Source: a virus (Duplodnaviria; Caudoviricetes). From it: a DNA stretch of 60,430 bases. Below, piece by piece: positions 9,251 through 19,259 of the stretch. The notes beneath the pieces are model-generated. The model saw only the letters and a list, made by a program, of their open reading frames with translations, made no database searches and had not been told where the DNA came from. Positions within the stretch are counted from its first letter, which is position 1. Each line of letters begins with the position of its first letter. The position numbers and the translations under genes are program-made. Location of the stretch: IMG/VR virus record IMGVR_UViG_3300009151_000080, positions 1-60,430 of that record; one strand, 5' to 3'.

Positions 9251-9386
9251 AAAGTTATCAGACGTGATTAAAAAGACACAGGCTCAGTCTTTAGAAGATG
9301 CAATCAGTATCTTTGCTTCTATTAAAAAACTTTCTAAAAAAAATATTAGTGAAATCTTTGAGGTGAGAGAAATACCCACTAAATAA
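9216..9386 (+). CDS. Small hypothetical protein (56 aa, MKQYGLYTKG...), not in the ORF track
   Basis: Hand translation; fills the gap before the next gene and follows AATATATA. Confidence 0.55.
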   Translation: MKQYGLYTKGFKKLSDVIKKTQAQSLEDAISIFASIKKLSKKNISEIFEVREIPTK

Positions 9387-9410
9387 GATTTCATTTTTTA
9401 TATATAGATT

Positions 9411-9983
9411 ATGTTTAATTTAACGGATCTTAATCTATCATATATCATAATCTCTCCAGAAGAACCCGGATCACTACCTTCGGACAATAATCATATATGT
9501 GAGAGGTTGTGTAGTATCCTATATTCAAAAGACTATACAGTTATACCTGTTAAGTCTTATAATGAGGGTATGTATGATAAGTCATTTATAGCCATAACAT
9601 CTGCTGACAACGATACATTAAGGTTTGATGCTATCTGGCTTATGGACAAGTTTTATCAACCATCTGTTATAGCTAAATATAAAGGTGAGTCAAATGCTGT
9701 TAGAATTGCTTATGATGGTTCTGAGAAACCGTTAGGTATGAATGTCTATGATTCTAACTTAGAGAATAAAGTTTATTTATATAATGGAATATCATTCACT
9801 TTTCCGGAATTAAAAAGATATTACTTCCCAAAGAGAAAAGAAGATCTTAAATCTGGTATGATTGTTGAATACTTTAACAATAATAAATGGATATCTAAAC
9901 AAGTATTTAGTGTTGATACAGAGTATGAGAAAATGTACAAACTACTAATGAAATATGAAAAAGTAAGAGTTGAATATAAATAA
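9411..9983 (+). CDS. Hypothetical protein
   Basis: 190 aa ORF followed by a terminator. Confidence 0.7.
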   Translation: MFNLTDLNLSYIIISPEEPGSLPSDNNHICERLCSILYSKDYTVIPVKSYNEGMYDKSFIAITSADNDTLRFDAIWLMDKFYQPSVIAKYKGESNAVRIAYDGSEKPLGMNVYDSNLENKVYLYNGISFTFPELKRYYFPKRKEDLKSGMIVEYFNNNKWISKQVFSVDTEYEKMYKLLMKYEKVRVEYK

Positions 9984-10007
9984 AAAGAGAGACCCTAGTC
10001 TCTCTTT
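9982..10007. terminator. Bidirectional terminator
   Basis: aaagagagac/gtctctcttt hairpin between convergent genes. Confidence 0.7.
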
Positions 10008-10165
10008 AATTTTTTCCACTCGTTACCACATTCACACTTGAATATTTGCCATACTCCCTTCCATGAAATTCTGCGTCCGTTATCTACATGATTCTTAGGT
10101 GGTAATCCTCTACCTATAGTTTCATGTACTTCAACATTAGTTGAGTTACATTTATCACACATCAT
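9995..10165 (-). CDS. Small zinc-ribbon protein (56 aa; CDKC...FKCECGNEWK), not in the ORF track
   Basis: Hand translation; TAATG coupling to the upstream glycosyltransferase stop. Confidence 0.6.
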   Translation of the reverse strand: MMCDKCNSTNVEVHETIGRGLPPKNHVDNGRRISWKGVWQIFKCECGNEWKKLKRD

Positions 10166-10914
10166 TATTGAAATTTATTTGACTGTCCAGATTTAGGTAC
10201 CGTTGTTGAAATATGTTGTTGAAGTTGTTCCAACTCTGAGTCCTTATAATGATCAAATATTTGTTTATTTCTTTGTTCTAAGGTAGAATCAGTTATTTGT
10301 GATGGATGAAATAGATGATAACCTTTATAGTCTAAAGATTTATAGTTTAACATCTTTCTAATCTTTACATCTTGGAACTTATTCTCATATCCAATGCCTA
10401 AAAAATCTTCGTTCCATCCGCCTATTTTTTGGATAGCGTCTTTCTTAAAAATAGAAATACCATCCGTAATGTTTCTACCCAAACTAAATTCTGGTCTATC
10501 TACTGATAATAATAGATTTAAGTCCTGTAATGACTCTTGTGGTGTCAATTGTATAATCTTACTTAAAGGTAAAACACAATCATAATTATCAAGTGTTTTA
10601 AGTGACTCTATTAACTCCATGGGATCCATAAAGGTATCAGCATCACCAAATATCATAACTGGTGAAATACACCTTCTAATAGCTACATTATAAGCCCAAG
10701 ATTTATTAAATGGGGCGTCACTTTTCAAGAATATCTGAGTTGCTCTTAAATTAAGATGTGATATCTTTGAGTGGGTATCTTGTTCTATTATAAGAACTTC
10801 AGCCCCTTGAAATCCACTTAACCAGTCTATTATTCTTCTAAGTGCTATTATCCTTGTTTGAGAAAATCTAAACGGAATAACATATGTAAATTTAGGTATG
10901 TAAGTATTTTGCAT
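10165..10914 (-). CDS. GT-A fold glycosyltransferase (GT2 / GT7 C-terminal-like)
   Basis: VIPFR, FNKSWAYN, DAD, IGGWNEDF.G.GYE and HLFH motifs. Confidence 0.75.
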   Translation of the reverse strand: MQNTYIPKFTYVIPFRFSQTRIIALRRIIDWLSGFQGAEVLIIEQDTHSKISHLNLRATQIFLKSDAPFNKSWAYNVAIRRCISPVMIFGDADTFMDPMELIESLKTLDNYDCVLPLSKIIQLTPQESLQDLNLLLSVDRPEFSLGRNITDGISIFKKDAIQKIGGWNEDFLGIGYENKFQDVKIRKMLNYKSLDYKGYHLFHPSQITDSTLEQRNKQIFDHYKDSELEQLQQHISTTVPKSGQSNKFQ

Positions 10915-10969
10915 ATTTTTCTTGTTTTTAATTATATTGATTATATTTGTTTTGTTTATATATAATCTT

Positions 10970-11551
10970 ATGATAAATATCCAAAAGGGTATTACCCTAT
11001 TTCTTAATAACGGAGATTCTCAAATACAAGAGGTTTCTAACTTAGTTCATTTTTTAAATAATGAATATAATTTCATTTGTATAAATACTGGTGTGGATAA
11101 GTTCGGTATGTCACCATTGATAAGATCCATAAACACTAAACCAGAGGACATATCAAAAACGATAAAAGAAAACTCTTTTAGATTAGAAGGAGTTTGTATT
11201 CATATACCTCAGAATCTAAAGGAGGATTATAAAATGGTTTGGAACCAACTCAAAGAGTATGAAAACCTTATCATATTTGTTATATGTCCTTCAGCATTTA
11301 GGTTAGATGTTATACCACATGATATGGTGGTTTTTAGGGAGATATTTGAAATAAAACAAAATCCTGAATGGGAATCAAGATTAAGTACATTTGGTGCTTT
11401 CCTAGCTAACAAAGATTCAATTGGGGAAATTCCAAGATTTTTATTTGAGGATGTCTTAATGGAAGAAGAGTTTTCTCTAGATAATTTCAAACAAACTTAT
11501 ATTAGGGATAAAAAATTAGATATATTTCTTGATGATTCCGAGGATAATTAA
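10970..11551 (+). CDS. Hypothetical protein ending IRDKKLDIFL
   Basis: Track ORF with start moved to ATG 10970. Confidence 0.6.
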   Translation: MINIQKGITLFLNNGDSQIQEVSNLVHFLNNEYNFICINTGVDKFGMSPLIRSINTKPEDISKTIKENSFRLEGVCIHIPQNLKEDYKMVWNQLKEYENLIIFVICPSAFRLDVIPHDMVVFREIFEIKQNPEWESRLSTFGAFLANKDSIGEIPRFLFEDVLMEEEFSLDNFKQTYIRDKKLDIFLDDSEDN

Positions 11552-11596
11552 AAATAATTGCATACCTTTGTGTATCAATAACTTATAAAACTTATA

Positions 11597-12676
11597 ATGA
11601 GGATAAGAAGAAAGTTTCTACAACTTACGAGACAGACCGTTCCATACGGTAACGAAATAAAACTTCGCCAGTATTTACCTAAAGGGTATAAGAATGACGA
11701 ACACGGTAATTTTTATATAACGGTTGGTGAAAACTTCACCACTATGTTTACATGCCATCTCGATACTGCTTGTTCGTATGACCGAATTGTTAAACACAAG
11801 CAAACAGAACAGTATATCTACACCGATGGTACTACCATTTTGGGGGCGGATGATAAAGCGGGTATGGTTGTTCTATTATACATGATTGAGAAACAAGTTC
11901 CTGGTCTATACTATTTCTTCATAGGTGAGGAAGTTGGTTGTGTCGGTTCGTCTCTTTTAGCTGATAAGTTCAACTGGCCAGATATAACAAAGGTAGTTTC
12001 ATTTGACCGTAGAGGTACTACATCAGTTATTACTGAGCAGTTCTATGGTAGGTGTTGCTCGGATGAGTTTGCACAAGCACTAGCAGACTCACTAAACTCG
12101 ACTGATTCTACATTGAAACTAGCTCCGGATAATACTGGTATATTAACTGACTCTGCTCAGTTTATAGAAATAGTTCCTGAGTGTACCAACATATCAGTTG
12201 GTTATTATGATGAACACACAACCAGAGAAACACAGGATATAGACTATCTTGTTAAGTTGTGCAGAGCTGTTGTAACCATTGATTGGGAGGATCTCCCTAT
12301 CGTAAGAGACCCAGAATTTGATTATGACTACGACGCTCCGGGTTGGGATGATGAACTTGGTCTTGATGATGACGCATCTGACTATGATGAAGAATTATCA
12401 ACCAACATAGTTGTTGATGGTAAAACAAAGAAGATGTTTATATCCAAAACTTGGATCGACAATGAAAAGTCTATGATCAAAGAAGTGTTGAAGAACACTG
12501 GATATAACGCTGAATGTGTTGTTTGGGATGGTAATACTTGTTGGTGTAATGAGAATGGTGATTGGGTGTATATAGGTAATCGAGACGAACTTACTGCCTT
12601 TGCTGACATTAGGTACATACCATATGAACATTTAAGGGAAACAATACCTGTTGATAAAACTAAACTTGTTTATTAA
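11597..12676 (+). CDS. M28/M20-family zinc peptidase (paralog of 2154..3800)
   Basis: CHLDT, GADDKAG, GEEVG, SFDRRG, TDSA, GYYDEH; preceded by TACCTTTG at 11563-11570. Confidence 0.8.
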   Translation: MRIRRKFLQLTRQTVPYGNEIKLRQYLPKGYKNDEHGNFYITVGENFTTMFTCHLDTACSYDRIVKHKQTEQYIYTDGTTILGADDKAGMVVLLYMIEKQVPGLYYFFIGEEVGCVGSSLLADKFNWPDITKVVSFDRRGTTSVITEQFYGRCCSDEFAQALADSLNSTDSTLKLAPDNTGILTDSAQFIEIVPECTNISVGYYDEHTTRETQDIDYLVKLCRAVVTIDWEDLPIVRDPEFDYDYDAPGWDDELGLDDDASDYDEELSTNIVVDGKTKKMFISKTWIDNEKSMIKEVLKNTGYNAECVVWDGNTCWCNENGDWVYIGNRDELTAFADIRYIPYEHLRETIPVDKTKLVY

Positions 12677-13254
12677 TGAAAACTAAAGCTATAGTATTTG
12701 ATTTGTATAATACTCTATTATACTGTTCTGTTAGGAAGAAACCTTATATGGAACTGTTTAAGAATCTTGGTTTAACAAAGGAAGAAATGAGTTTCTGGCG
12801 TGATAAAGTTATGACAGAAAACTATTCTTCTTTTGAAGAACTGAAACTAGCAATCAGACCAAATTCCTTGGTTTATACACAGAATCTTGACTATGTAGTC
12901 AAAGAGGAAAATGAACATACTCATGTATTTGACGACACATATCAGGTGTTAGAATCACTTTATAGAAAGTATGATTTGTATTTGTTATCAAATATTGCTA
13001 CTCCATATAAAGAATGTTTTTATAATCTGGACTTGGATAAGTATTTTAAGAGAGTTTTCTTTTCTTGTGATATTGGGTATAGGAAACCCCAACCAGAAGC
13101 TTTTGAAATGATTGTAAACCATTCGGGATTACAACCTCAACAACTACTAATGGTTGGGGATAGTCAACATTCTGACTATGAAGGTGCGTTAAATTCCGGT
13201 TTAAAAGCTTTACTTAAAGACAAACCTTTAAGTTTGTTATTAACCGATCTTTAA
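12676..13254 (+). CDS. HAD-family hydrolase
   Basis: FDLYNTL, LLSN, RKP and MVGDS..SD..GA motifs. Confidence 0.8.
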   Translation: MKTKAIVFDLYNTLLYCSVRKKPYMELFKNLGLTKEEMSFWRDKVMTENYSSFEELKLAIRPNSLVYTQNLDYVVKEENEHTHVFDDTYQVLESLYRKYDLYLLSNIATPYKECFYNLDLDKYFKRVFFSCDIGYRKPQPEAFEMIVNHSGLQPQQLLMVGDSQHSDYEGALNSGLKALLKDKPLSLLLTDL

Positions 13255-13445
13255 CCGTTTATTAAACCTGGATTCTTAAAACCTTTCTGTTGAACAATTT
13301 CCATTAATTGATCAGGGGAAAGGTTTGTTTTATCCCATCCTTTTTTTCTAGCATATTCAGAAATAAATCTTTCCTTCAATAATTTTTGATCATCTACTGG
13401 TAATACATTTTTTGAGGTGATTAATTTTTCGTTGTCTTTTTGCAT
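13251..13445 (-). CDS. Small hypothetical protein
   Basis: 64 aa ORF with an upstream AATATATA motif. Confidence 0.55.
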   Translation of the reverse strand: MQKDNEKLITSKNVLPVDDQKLLKERFISEYARKKGWDKTNLSPDQLMEIVQQKGFKNPGLING

Positions 13446-13533
13446 AAAATAATTTGTTTTTTATAAAATTATATATTAAAACAAAAAACCCACCTTTATT
13501 GGAATTTTCAAGGTTTTTTCGTACCTTTGTCCT

Positions 13534-14055
13534 ATGGTAATCAAGATAAAAGGTATATTGGACTTTACTCCAGAGGATGTGACTAGAAAGCACAAGTCTC
13601 AGTCTTCTTGGAAAAGAGTTGCTGTTATTAAAATGGACGGTGACTTGGATCGTTACTATGCTTGGTTCTTGAAGAAAAGATTTAATTTAGAGTTAAATAA
13701 AAACCTTCGTGGTGCTCACGTTACTTTTATTTCAGATAGACTGGAAAAAAATATATTTGATGAAGCTTCAAAACTATTCAATGGTAAGGAGATTACTTTC
13801 TACCTTGAATTAGAACCAAGGTCTAATGGTCAACACTGGTGGTTAAGAGTTCACTCACCAGAGGCTGAGTCTATTCGTGAGGCAATGGGACTTACAAGAG
13901 AACCTTACTTCGGATTACACCTAACACTAGGATTAGCAAATGAAAGAAACTTAGAACACTCTAAGTACATATTAGAAACCTGTAAAAGATTTGAGATAAT
14001 CTCAAACGAACCAAGAAAACCTATTAGTGAACATGAAATAAAAGAGTTCAAGTAA
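13534..14055 (+). CDS. 2H phosphoesterase superfamily protein
   Basis: Two HxT motifs (GAHVTFI, GLHLTLG) ~67 aa apart; TACCTTTG promoter at 13522-13529. Confidence 0.6.
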   Translation: MVIKIKGILDFTPEDVTRKHKSQSSWKRVAVIKMDGDLDRYYAWFLKKRFNLELNKNLRGAHVTFISDRLEKNIFDEASKLFNGKEITFYLELEPRSNGQHWWLRVHSPEAESIREAMGLTREPYFGLHLTLGLANERNLEHSKYILETCKRFEIISNEPRKPISEHEIKEFK

Positions 14056-14109
14056 ACAAACTTGAACTCTTCTTTTTTAATAATAAATGGAAACAAAATT
14101 TTTAACAAA

Positions 14110-14232
14110 ATGAAAAAATTATTATTCTTGTCTTTATTTGGATTATTTTCAAATAATTTACATGCACAATTTGAAGCGGATTATACTTCTACTCATAAAC
14201 TTTTTGATATTTTTTTATATATCTATATATAA
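14110..14232 (+). pseudogene. Probable truncated remnant of a secreted-protein gene (MKKLLFLSLFGLFSNNLHA|Q...)
   Basis: Signal-peptide-like start that runs into AT-rich promoter sequence and stops after 40 aa. Confidence 0.35.
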
Positions 14233-14259
14233 AATATTGTGTTCTCCAAAGTAAAAATT

Positions 14260-15033
14260 ATGCCTGAAAGCCCCGAAGTTAAAATAATGTCTGATTATAT
14301 TAATCAGAACTCAAAAGATAAGACTTTTAAGAAAGCTTTTCATGTTGCTAAGGGAAATGTACCCGAACTATTTGAAGATTGTGATTTTACTGTGAGATCC
14401 GAGTCTAATGGTAAAGAGTTACTATTATATCTAAATGATAAGAAGATACACGTTTTTATGGGTATGAGTGGTAACTGGAGATATGTACCAACATCGGATT
14501 GGAATGATACTAAATTTACTCGTTTGAGATTAGACGATAATACCGGTTATTCCCTTTTATTAAATGGTGGATTTATGGGGCCTAAGTATTCGGTTGGTAA
14601 ACCTTTTACTGGAACTAAACGTGGAGTTGATCCAACTAAAGAATTTGATACATTTAAGAAGAATATATTAGATAATATAAATAAAAAGGCATTTGATAAA
14701 CCTATTTGTGAAGTACTCTTAAATCAAGAGTATTTTAATGGAATTGGTGCGTATTTGACTGCTGAAATAGTTGGTAGGTTAGACATAAATCCTTTTAGGA
14801 ACCTTAAAAGTTTTTCGACCAATGAATTAAATAAGTTGTTTGATATGATTTTAAATTGTTGTGAAGAGTCTTATAAATTTGGTGGTGGTGAACTTAGAGA
14901 CTGGAACAATCCATTCGGTTCTTCCAGAATAGATGAGTGGATTAAATTCTACAACAAAAAGGATATATGTCTAAAGGAGAAATTTGGAACAAGAAATATA
15001 TGGATACAAAGGAAATGGAAAGTTATTACTTAG
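14260..15033 (+). CDS. Fpg/Nei family DNA glycosylase/AP lyase
   Basis: N-terminal MPESPEV, GKEL, MGMSG, H2TH motif LLNQEYFNGIGAYL.AEI; no C-terminal Zn finger. Confidence 0.85.
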   Translation: MPESPEVKIMSDYINQNSKDKTFKKAFHVAKGNVPELFEDCDFTVRSESNGKELLLYLNDKKIHVFMGMSGNWRYVPTSDWNDTKFTRLRLDDNTGYSLLLNGGFMGPKYSVGKPFTGTKRGVDPTKEFDTFKKNILDNINKKAFDKPICEVLLNQEYFNGIGAYLTAEIVGRLDINPFRNLKSFSTNELNKLFDMILNCCEESYKFGGGELRDWNNPFGSSRIDEWIKFYNKKDICLKEKFGTRNIWIQRKWKVIT

Positions 15034-15070
15034 GACGAACAATCTTTTTTATATATACTTATAAAAAGAT

Positions 15071-15919
15071 ATGAAATATTATGTTTATACTTTGAGTTAT
15101 GATGGTAAAATTTTCTATGTCGGCAAAGGAACTGGTCTCAGAATGTTTATACATGAAAAAAGAACACGAAAAGGAATCAAGTCGAACAATAATACATCTC
15201 TATTTGAAAAAATACATTCAATAATTGAATATGGGAATAGTATAGAATATACTAAAATTTTTGAAACCAATAATGAGTGTGAGGCTTATAAATTTGAATT
15301 TGAAACTATTGAAAATATTGGATTGAATAATTTGTGTAACCTGACAAAAGATTACTTGAAGACATCCGTTTCCGATATGGTAAAAGCCGCTTTAGCTAAA
15401 TCCGAAAAATGGAATGAATCTAAAATAAAGAAAAAAAGTTTAGAGGTAAGGGAATATTATAGACAAATCAATATTGGTGATAAGAATCCTAGATACGGAA
15501 AGAAAAATACGGAAGAACATATGAATGCTATCAAAAATTCTCTGATTGGAATTCCAAAATCCGAAGAGCATAAAAAAAAGATTAGTGATGCTATCAGAGG
15601 AATAATAAGAAGTGATGAATTTAAGCGGAAAGTTTCCGATTCACTTAGAAACTCATCTAAACTGAAAGAAGTGACTCAATCGGAAGAATTTAAGAACAAA
15701 CATAGGGAAAACTCTAAAAAGAGACATAAAGAATCAATTACTTACTATTATGAATATAATGGTAATATTATTATTCATAAGGGTGGATTGAAAGATATGG
15801 CTAGTCAGTATGATATATCTTTTTACTACTTGAAAAAACTAAGATATGGGAAAATTGAGGAGTATAAGGGATGGAGGTTTATTTCTATCGAAAATAAATC
15901 TTTTAAAACCAAAAACTAA
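15071..15919 (+). CDS. GIY-YIG homing endonuclease with NUMOD3 repeats
   Basis: YYVY..FYVGKG...R N-terminus; GDKNPRYGKKNTEEH and KSEEHKKKIS repeats. Confidence 0.8.
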   Translation: MKYYVYTLSYDGKIFYVGKGTGLRMFIHEKRTRKGIKSNNNTSLFEKIHSIIEYGNSIEYTKIFETNNECEAYKFEFETIENIGLNNLCNLTKDYLKTSVSDMVKAALAKSEKWNESKIKKKSLEVREYYRQINIGDKNPRYGKKNTEEHMNAIKNSLIGIPKSEEHKKKISDAIRGIIRSDEFKRKVSDSLRNSSKLKEVTQSEEFKNKHRENSKKRHKESITYYYEYNGNIIIHKGGLKDMASQYDISFYYLKKLRYGKIEEYKGWRFISIENKSFKTKN

Positions 15920-15930
15920 CCAAAATAAAT

Positions 15931-15964
15931 AAAAAAAGTCTAAATTAATTTAGACTTTTTTTTT
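15931..15964. terminator. Intrinsic terminator
   Basis: aaaagtctaaat/atttagactttt hairpin. Confidence 0.7.
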
Positions 15965-16156
15965 AGTATCAATAAAATATAAAATAAAGAAGAAGAAATG
16001 AATGATGTAGATAAACTGACCGAATTGGTGCTTTATTTTATTTATTCATGGTAAATATCAGGGTACTTTTCTGATTTTATCCTCGTCCTTATCTAGATAT
16101 ATATTAAATGGTATTACCTACTGTTGAACTTTTTTAAAAAATCATATATATAATAT

Positions 16157-16987
16157 ATGATTAAGGCGGATTTTTATTATAAACAAAATTTAAGAAGGAT
16201 TTTAGAAGAAGGTAATATGGATATAAATCCTAGGCCAAAGTACTCTGATGGAACTCCAGCAAATAGTATCTTCATAACCCAAGTATTTGAAGAATATGAT
16301 ATAAATAAAAATGAATTTCCAATAACAACATTAAGAAATACTGCTATAAAGACTGGAATAAATGAAATTCTATGGATATATCAAGATCAGGATTCTTCAT
16401 TGATATCAGCTAGAAAAAGAGGAATAAATTGGTGGGAAGAATGGAATATAGGAAATGATACTATCGGACATAGATATGGATACACTGTGGGAAAATGGGG
16501 ACTTCTAAAAAATTTATTAGAAGAATTAAAAAATAATCCATTTTCTAGAAGACATATAATAAATCTTTTACAAGAACAAGACCTATCTGAAACAGATGGT
16601 TTATATCCATGTGCTTATGAGATAATGTGTAGTGTGAGAAAAGTTAAAAATGATATGTATTTAGATTTAACTTTAAATCAAAGATCAAATGATTATTTAG
16701 TAGCTGGTTATATAAACAAGATCCAATATGTCGCATTACAAATAATGATCTGTAGCCATTTAGGTTATAAACCAGGTAAATTCTGTCATCTAATTCAGAA
16801 TCTTCATATTTATGATAGACATCTTGAAGCAGCTAAAGAAATCATGTCAAAAGAACCAATAGACATTCAACCAGTATTAGATATAAGATCTAAAAAGTCT
16901 TTTTATGAATTTAATGCAGATGACTTCATAATAAAAGACATAAAAAATATAACGAAATTAATCTCGAAATTAGAACTGGCTATATAA
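16157..16987 (+). CDS. thyA: Thymidylate synthase
   Basis: LYPCAY catalytic Cys, QRSND, conserved Asn in GYINKIQY, HIYDRH. Confidence 0.92.
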   Translation: MIKADFYYKQNLRRILEEGNMDINPRPKYSDGTPANSIFITQVFEEYDINKNEFPITTLRNTAIKTGINEILWIYQDQDSSLISARKRGINWWEEWNIGNDTIGHRYGYTVGKWGLLKNLLEELKNNPFSRRHIINLLQEQDLSETDGLYPCAYEIMCSVRKVKNDMYLDLTLNQRSNDYLVAGYINKIQYVALQIMICSHLGYKPGKFCHLIQNLHIYDRHLEAAKEIMSKEPIDIQPVLDIRSKKSFYEFNADDFIIKDIKNITKLISKLELAI

Positions 16988-16991
16988 AATT

Positions 16992-17019
16992 AAAAAAAGT
17001 CCTTAATAAGGACTTTTTT
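16992..17019. terminator. Bidirectional terminator
   Basis: aaaagtcctt/aaggactttt hairpin between convergent genes. Confidence 0.7.
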
Positions 17020-17021
17020 AT

Positions 17022-17318
17022 TTAGAATGTGAATGCGTCTCCACTATCAGGGTAGGTACCGGTATTGTATCCTAATTCTGGGAAAGAAACAACTAAATTG
17101 TAGTTACCAGATGGGGTGGCTCCACCCAATTGAGCTCTTGAGAATGTAAAAGTCTCTACGCCATTTAAGGTATTTCCAGCGATGTTAAGTGACAAACTTG
17201 AAGAAAATCCAGTAATAGTTGCTGCACCACCACCTCTTGTGTGGTATGCTTGTAAGTTAACGGTCAATACTCCAGTTGCGTAACTAGCGTTTGTAATGTG
17301 AATGTAAGGTCTTGACAT
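17022..17318 (-). CDS. Small beta-rich protein next to the capsid gene, possible capsid decoration protein
   Basis: 98 aa, G/S/T-rich, own AATATATAC motif at 17338-17346. Confidence 0.5.
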   Translation of the reverse strand: MSRPYIHITNASYATGVLTVNLQAYHTRGGGAATITGFSSSLSLNIAGNTLNGVETFTFSRAQLGGATPSGNYNLVVSFPELGYNTGTYPDSGDAFTF

Positions 17319-17387
17319 AATGAGTTATTATTTTTAAGTATATATTTTATTCCAAAAACCATTTTTTTCTATTTGGTCTTATTTAAT

Positions 17388-17415
17388 AAAAAACCCTCTC
17401 CGAAGAGAGGGTTTT
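17388..17415 (-). terminator. Terminator after the major capsid gene
   Basis: aaaaccctctc-cgaa-gagagggtttt. Confidence 0.8.
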
Positions 17416-17430
17416 ACTTTTTTTACTATC

Positions 17431-19173
17431 TTAGTTAAGTAAACCTGCAGTGTCACTAACTTTAAGAGTCATGTACTGCTTTTGTGGATACCAACCTACT
17501 TCAGATACAGCGTATCTAGAACGAAGTAACATACGTGGAGCGAAAGTCGCTTCAGAGATGATACTGATTGATTGAGCCATTAAGTATGGTACGAAGATGA
17601 TACCTGGTTGATCAGGATTGTTCTTACGTCCGATAACGATACGGTTGTCGTTATATCTCATGTATGGATCAACATAGATTTGGATATCACCGATTTGACC
17701 TACTGGATAAAGTTGACCAGAACCGTTGATTTTAGACTTAGTTGGGTTGATTGTGTAACCAGCGATGTCCATGAAAGCTGCACCTAAACCACCGTTAGTA
17801 ACTGCGAATTGTGCAGGACCTACACGACCTTCAGTTGCGATGTAGTTAGAAGCGTGAAGCATCTTAGTGATCAACTTACGTTGAACAGCGTGTGTAGTTT
17901 CACCACCAACTTGAGTTTGAGTGTAAAGTGTATCTAAGTCAAAGATTGTTTGACCAGAGATAGCTGAAGAATAAGTAGAACCAGCTGCTGGAGCACTTGA
18001 TCTGTTTGAATCACCCATTTCAAAGATTTTAGCAACGATTTGCTTAGAGATTGTTTGAGACAACTCATTAACAAGGATTGATTCCATCTTTTGAACGATA
18101 TCCATACCTGTGTTAGCTTTGATGTCCTCGATTTCAGTTCTACGTAGAGAAGAAGAGATTTCGATAGTACCTACCGCGATAGACTTAGTAGAAACCTTAG
18201 GACCAATAACACCAGAGTAAGACTGATCATCTTCAGCACGACTCATAGGGTATTTACCACCTAAAGAGTTAGTAGAGAAGTTTGTAGAGAAACCAGGTAA
18301 CTGATCTTCTAAAGCTGATATTAAGTTTATTGATATGTTAGCACCACCACTTGAGAAAGTAAGACCAGGAATAGCCACTAACTGACTAGTCATTGATGAA
18401 GTTGCACCAAATGTATTTTGTGTAGCATCAAATGCCCAGCTTTGAACTGTTCCAAGTTGTGAACCGTAAGCGTTAGCTTGTCTAAATGCTCTAAAGATTG
18501 GTAAACCATCAATACGTGAGTAACCTAAGAACTCCATAACACCTGCTTTACTAGAAGGGAGAGTTGTAGTTACAGTACCAGCGTAGTTAAAAGAACTTGT
18601 ATAAAGTCTCTTACCAGAAGCACTTTGGAAACCACCAACTGTTAATGTGATATCTGATGCTGCTGTAATAGCTGCTGCTACTACAGTACCAAATGCACCT
18701 GTTTGTAACAAACCAGCTGAGTCAGCCGCATTACTAGAAGATATCTTAAACACTTGTGGAACACCTTGTGTAGTATCAACGTCGTCATATTGGAAGTCGA
18801 TGTATAACAAGTCTAACTTTGGACCAGGAGTTGGTTTTACAGAAACAAGGTCAAGACCGATTGTTTGAGCTGCAATTTTCATAGCTACTGGAAGAAGGTT
18901 TTGACCTAAATCACCAGAACCGATGTTACCAGCTGCATTTGGAGTAGTACCTGTTATGTTAAGTGTTTGACCAGAGTAGTAACCTGGCTGTGGAGATACT
19001 ACACCACCCATACCGCCAATGCTAGCATTAACGTATGCGTTTTCATTGATTGAGTGAAATTCAGCATATTCTGACATCCAATCTAGTCTGTCTTCACCTG
19101 CTACACCCATGTTTTCTAAGACTGGACCCCATTTTTTAAGAGCCTTTTGTTTGTCTATTCTAATGTGTGACAT
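17431..19173 (-). CDS. Major capsid protein (T4 gp23-like)
   Basis: KKW.PVLE N-terminus, DLVSVKP..GP, ESILVNELSQ.I, YVDPY, IIFVPY, TFAPR..LRSRY; position next to protease and portal. Confidence 0.9.
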   Translation of the reverse strand: MSHIRIDKQKALKKWGPVLENMGVAGEDRLDWMSEYAEFHSINENAYVNASIGGMGGVVSPQPGYYSGQTLNITGTTPNAAGNIGSGDLGQNLLPVAMKIAAQTIGLDLVSVKPTPGPKLDLLYIDFQYDDVDTTQGVPQVFKISSSNAADSAGLLQTGAFGTVVAAAITAASDITLTVGGFQSASGKRLYTSSFNYAGTVTTTLPSSKAGVMEFLGYSRIDGLPIFRAFRQANAYGSQLGTVQSWAFDATQNTFGATSSMTSQLVAIPGLTFSSGGANISINLISALEDQLPGFSTNFSTNSLGGKYPMSRAEDDQSYSGVIGPKVSTKSIAVGTIEISSSLRRTEIEDIKANTGMDIVQKMESILVNELSQTISKQIVAKIFEMGDSNRSSAPAAGSTYSSAISGQTIFDLDTLYTQTQVGGETTHAVQRKLITKMLHASNYIATEGRVGPAQFAVTNGGLGAAFMDIAGYTINPTKSKINGSGQLYPVGQIGDIQIYVDPYMRYNDNRIVIGRKNNPDQPGIIFVPYLMAQSISIISEATFAPRMLLRSRYAVSEVGWYPQKQYMTLKVSDTAGLLN

Positions 19174-19259
19174 AATTTGTTTTTATTTTTTTGTTTTTTC
19201 TTATAATCTATATATATGACCCGGAAACCTAAATTTGGCAAGGGTGGATTTTTTATAGA

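Noticed and set aside
16157-16987. dCMP hydroxymethylase / modified-base synthase instead of ThyA
   Set aside because: The dUMP-specifying Asn after QRS.D is retained (GYINKIQY)
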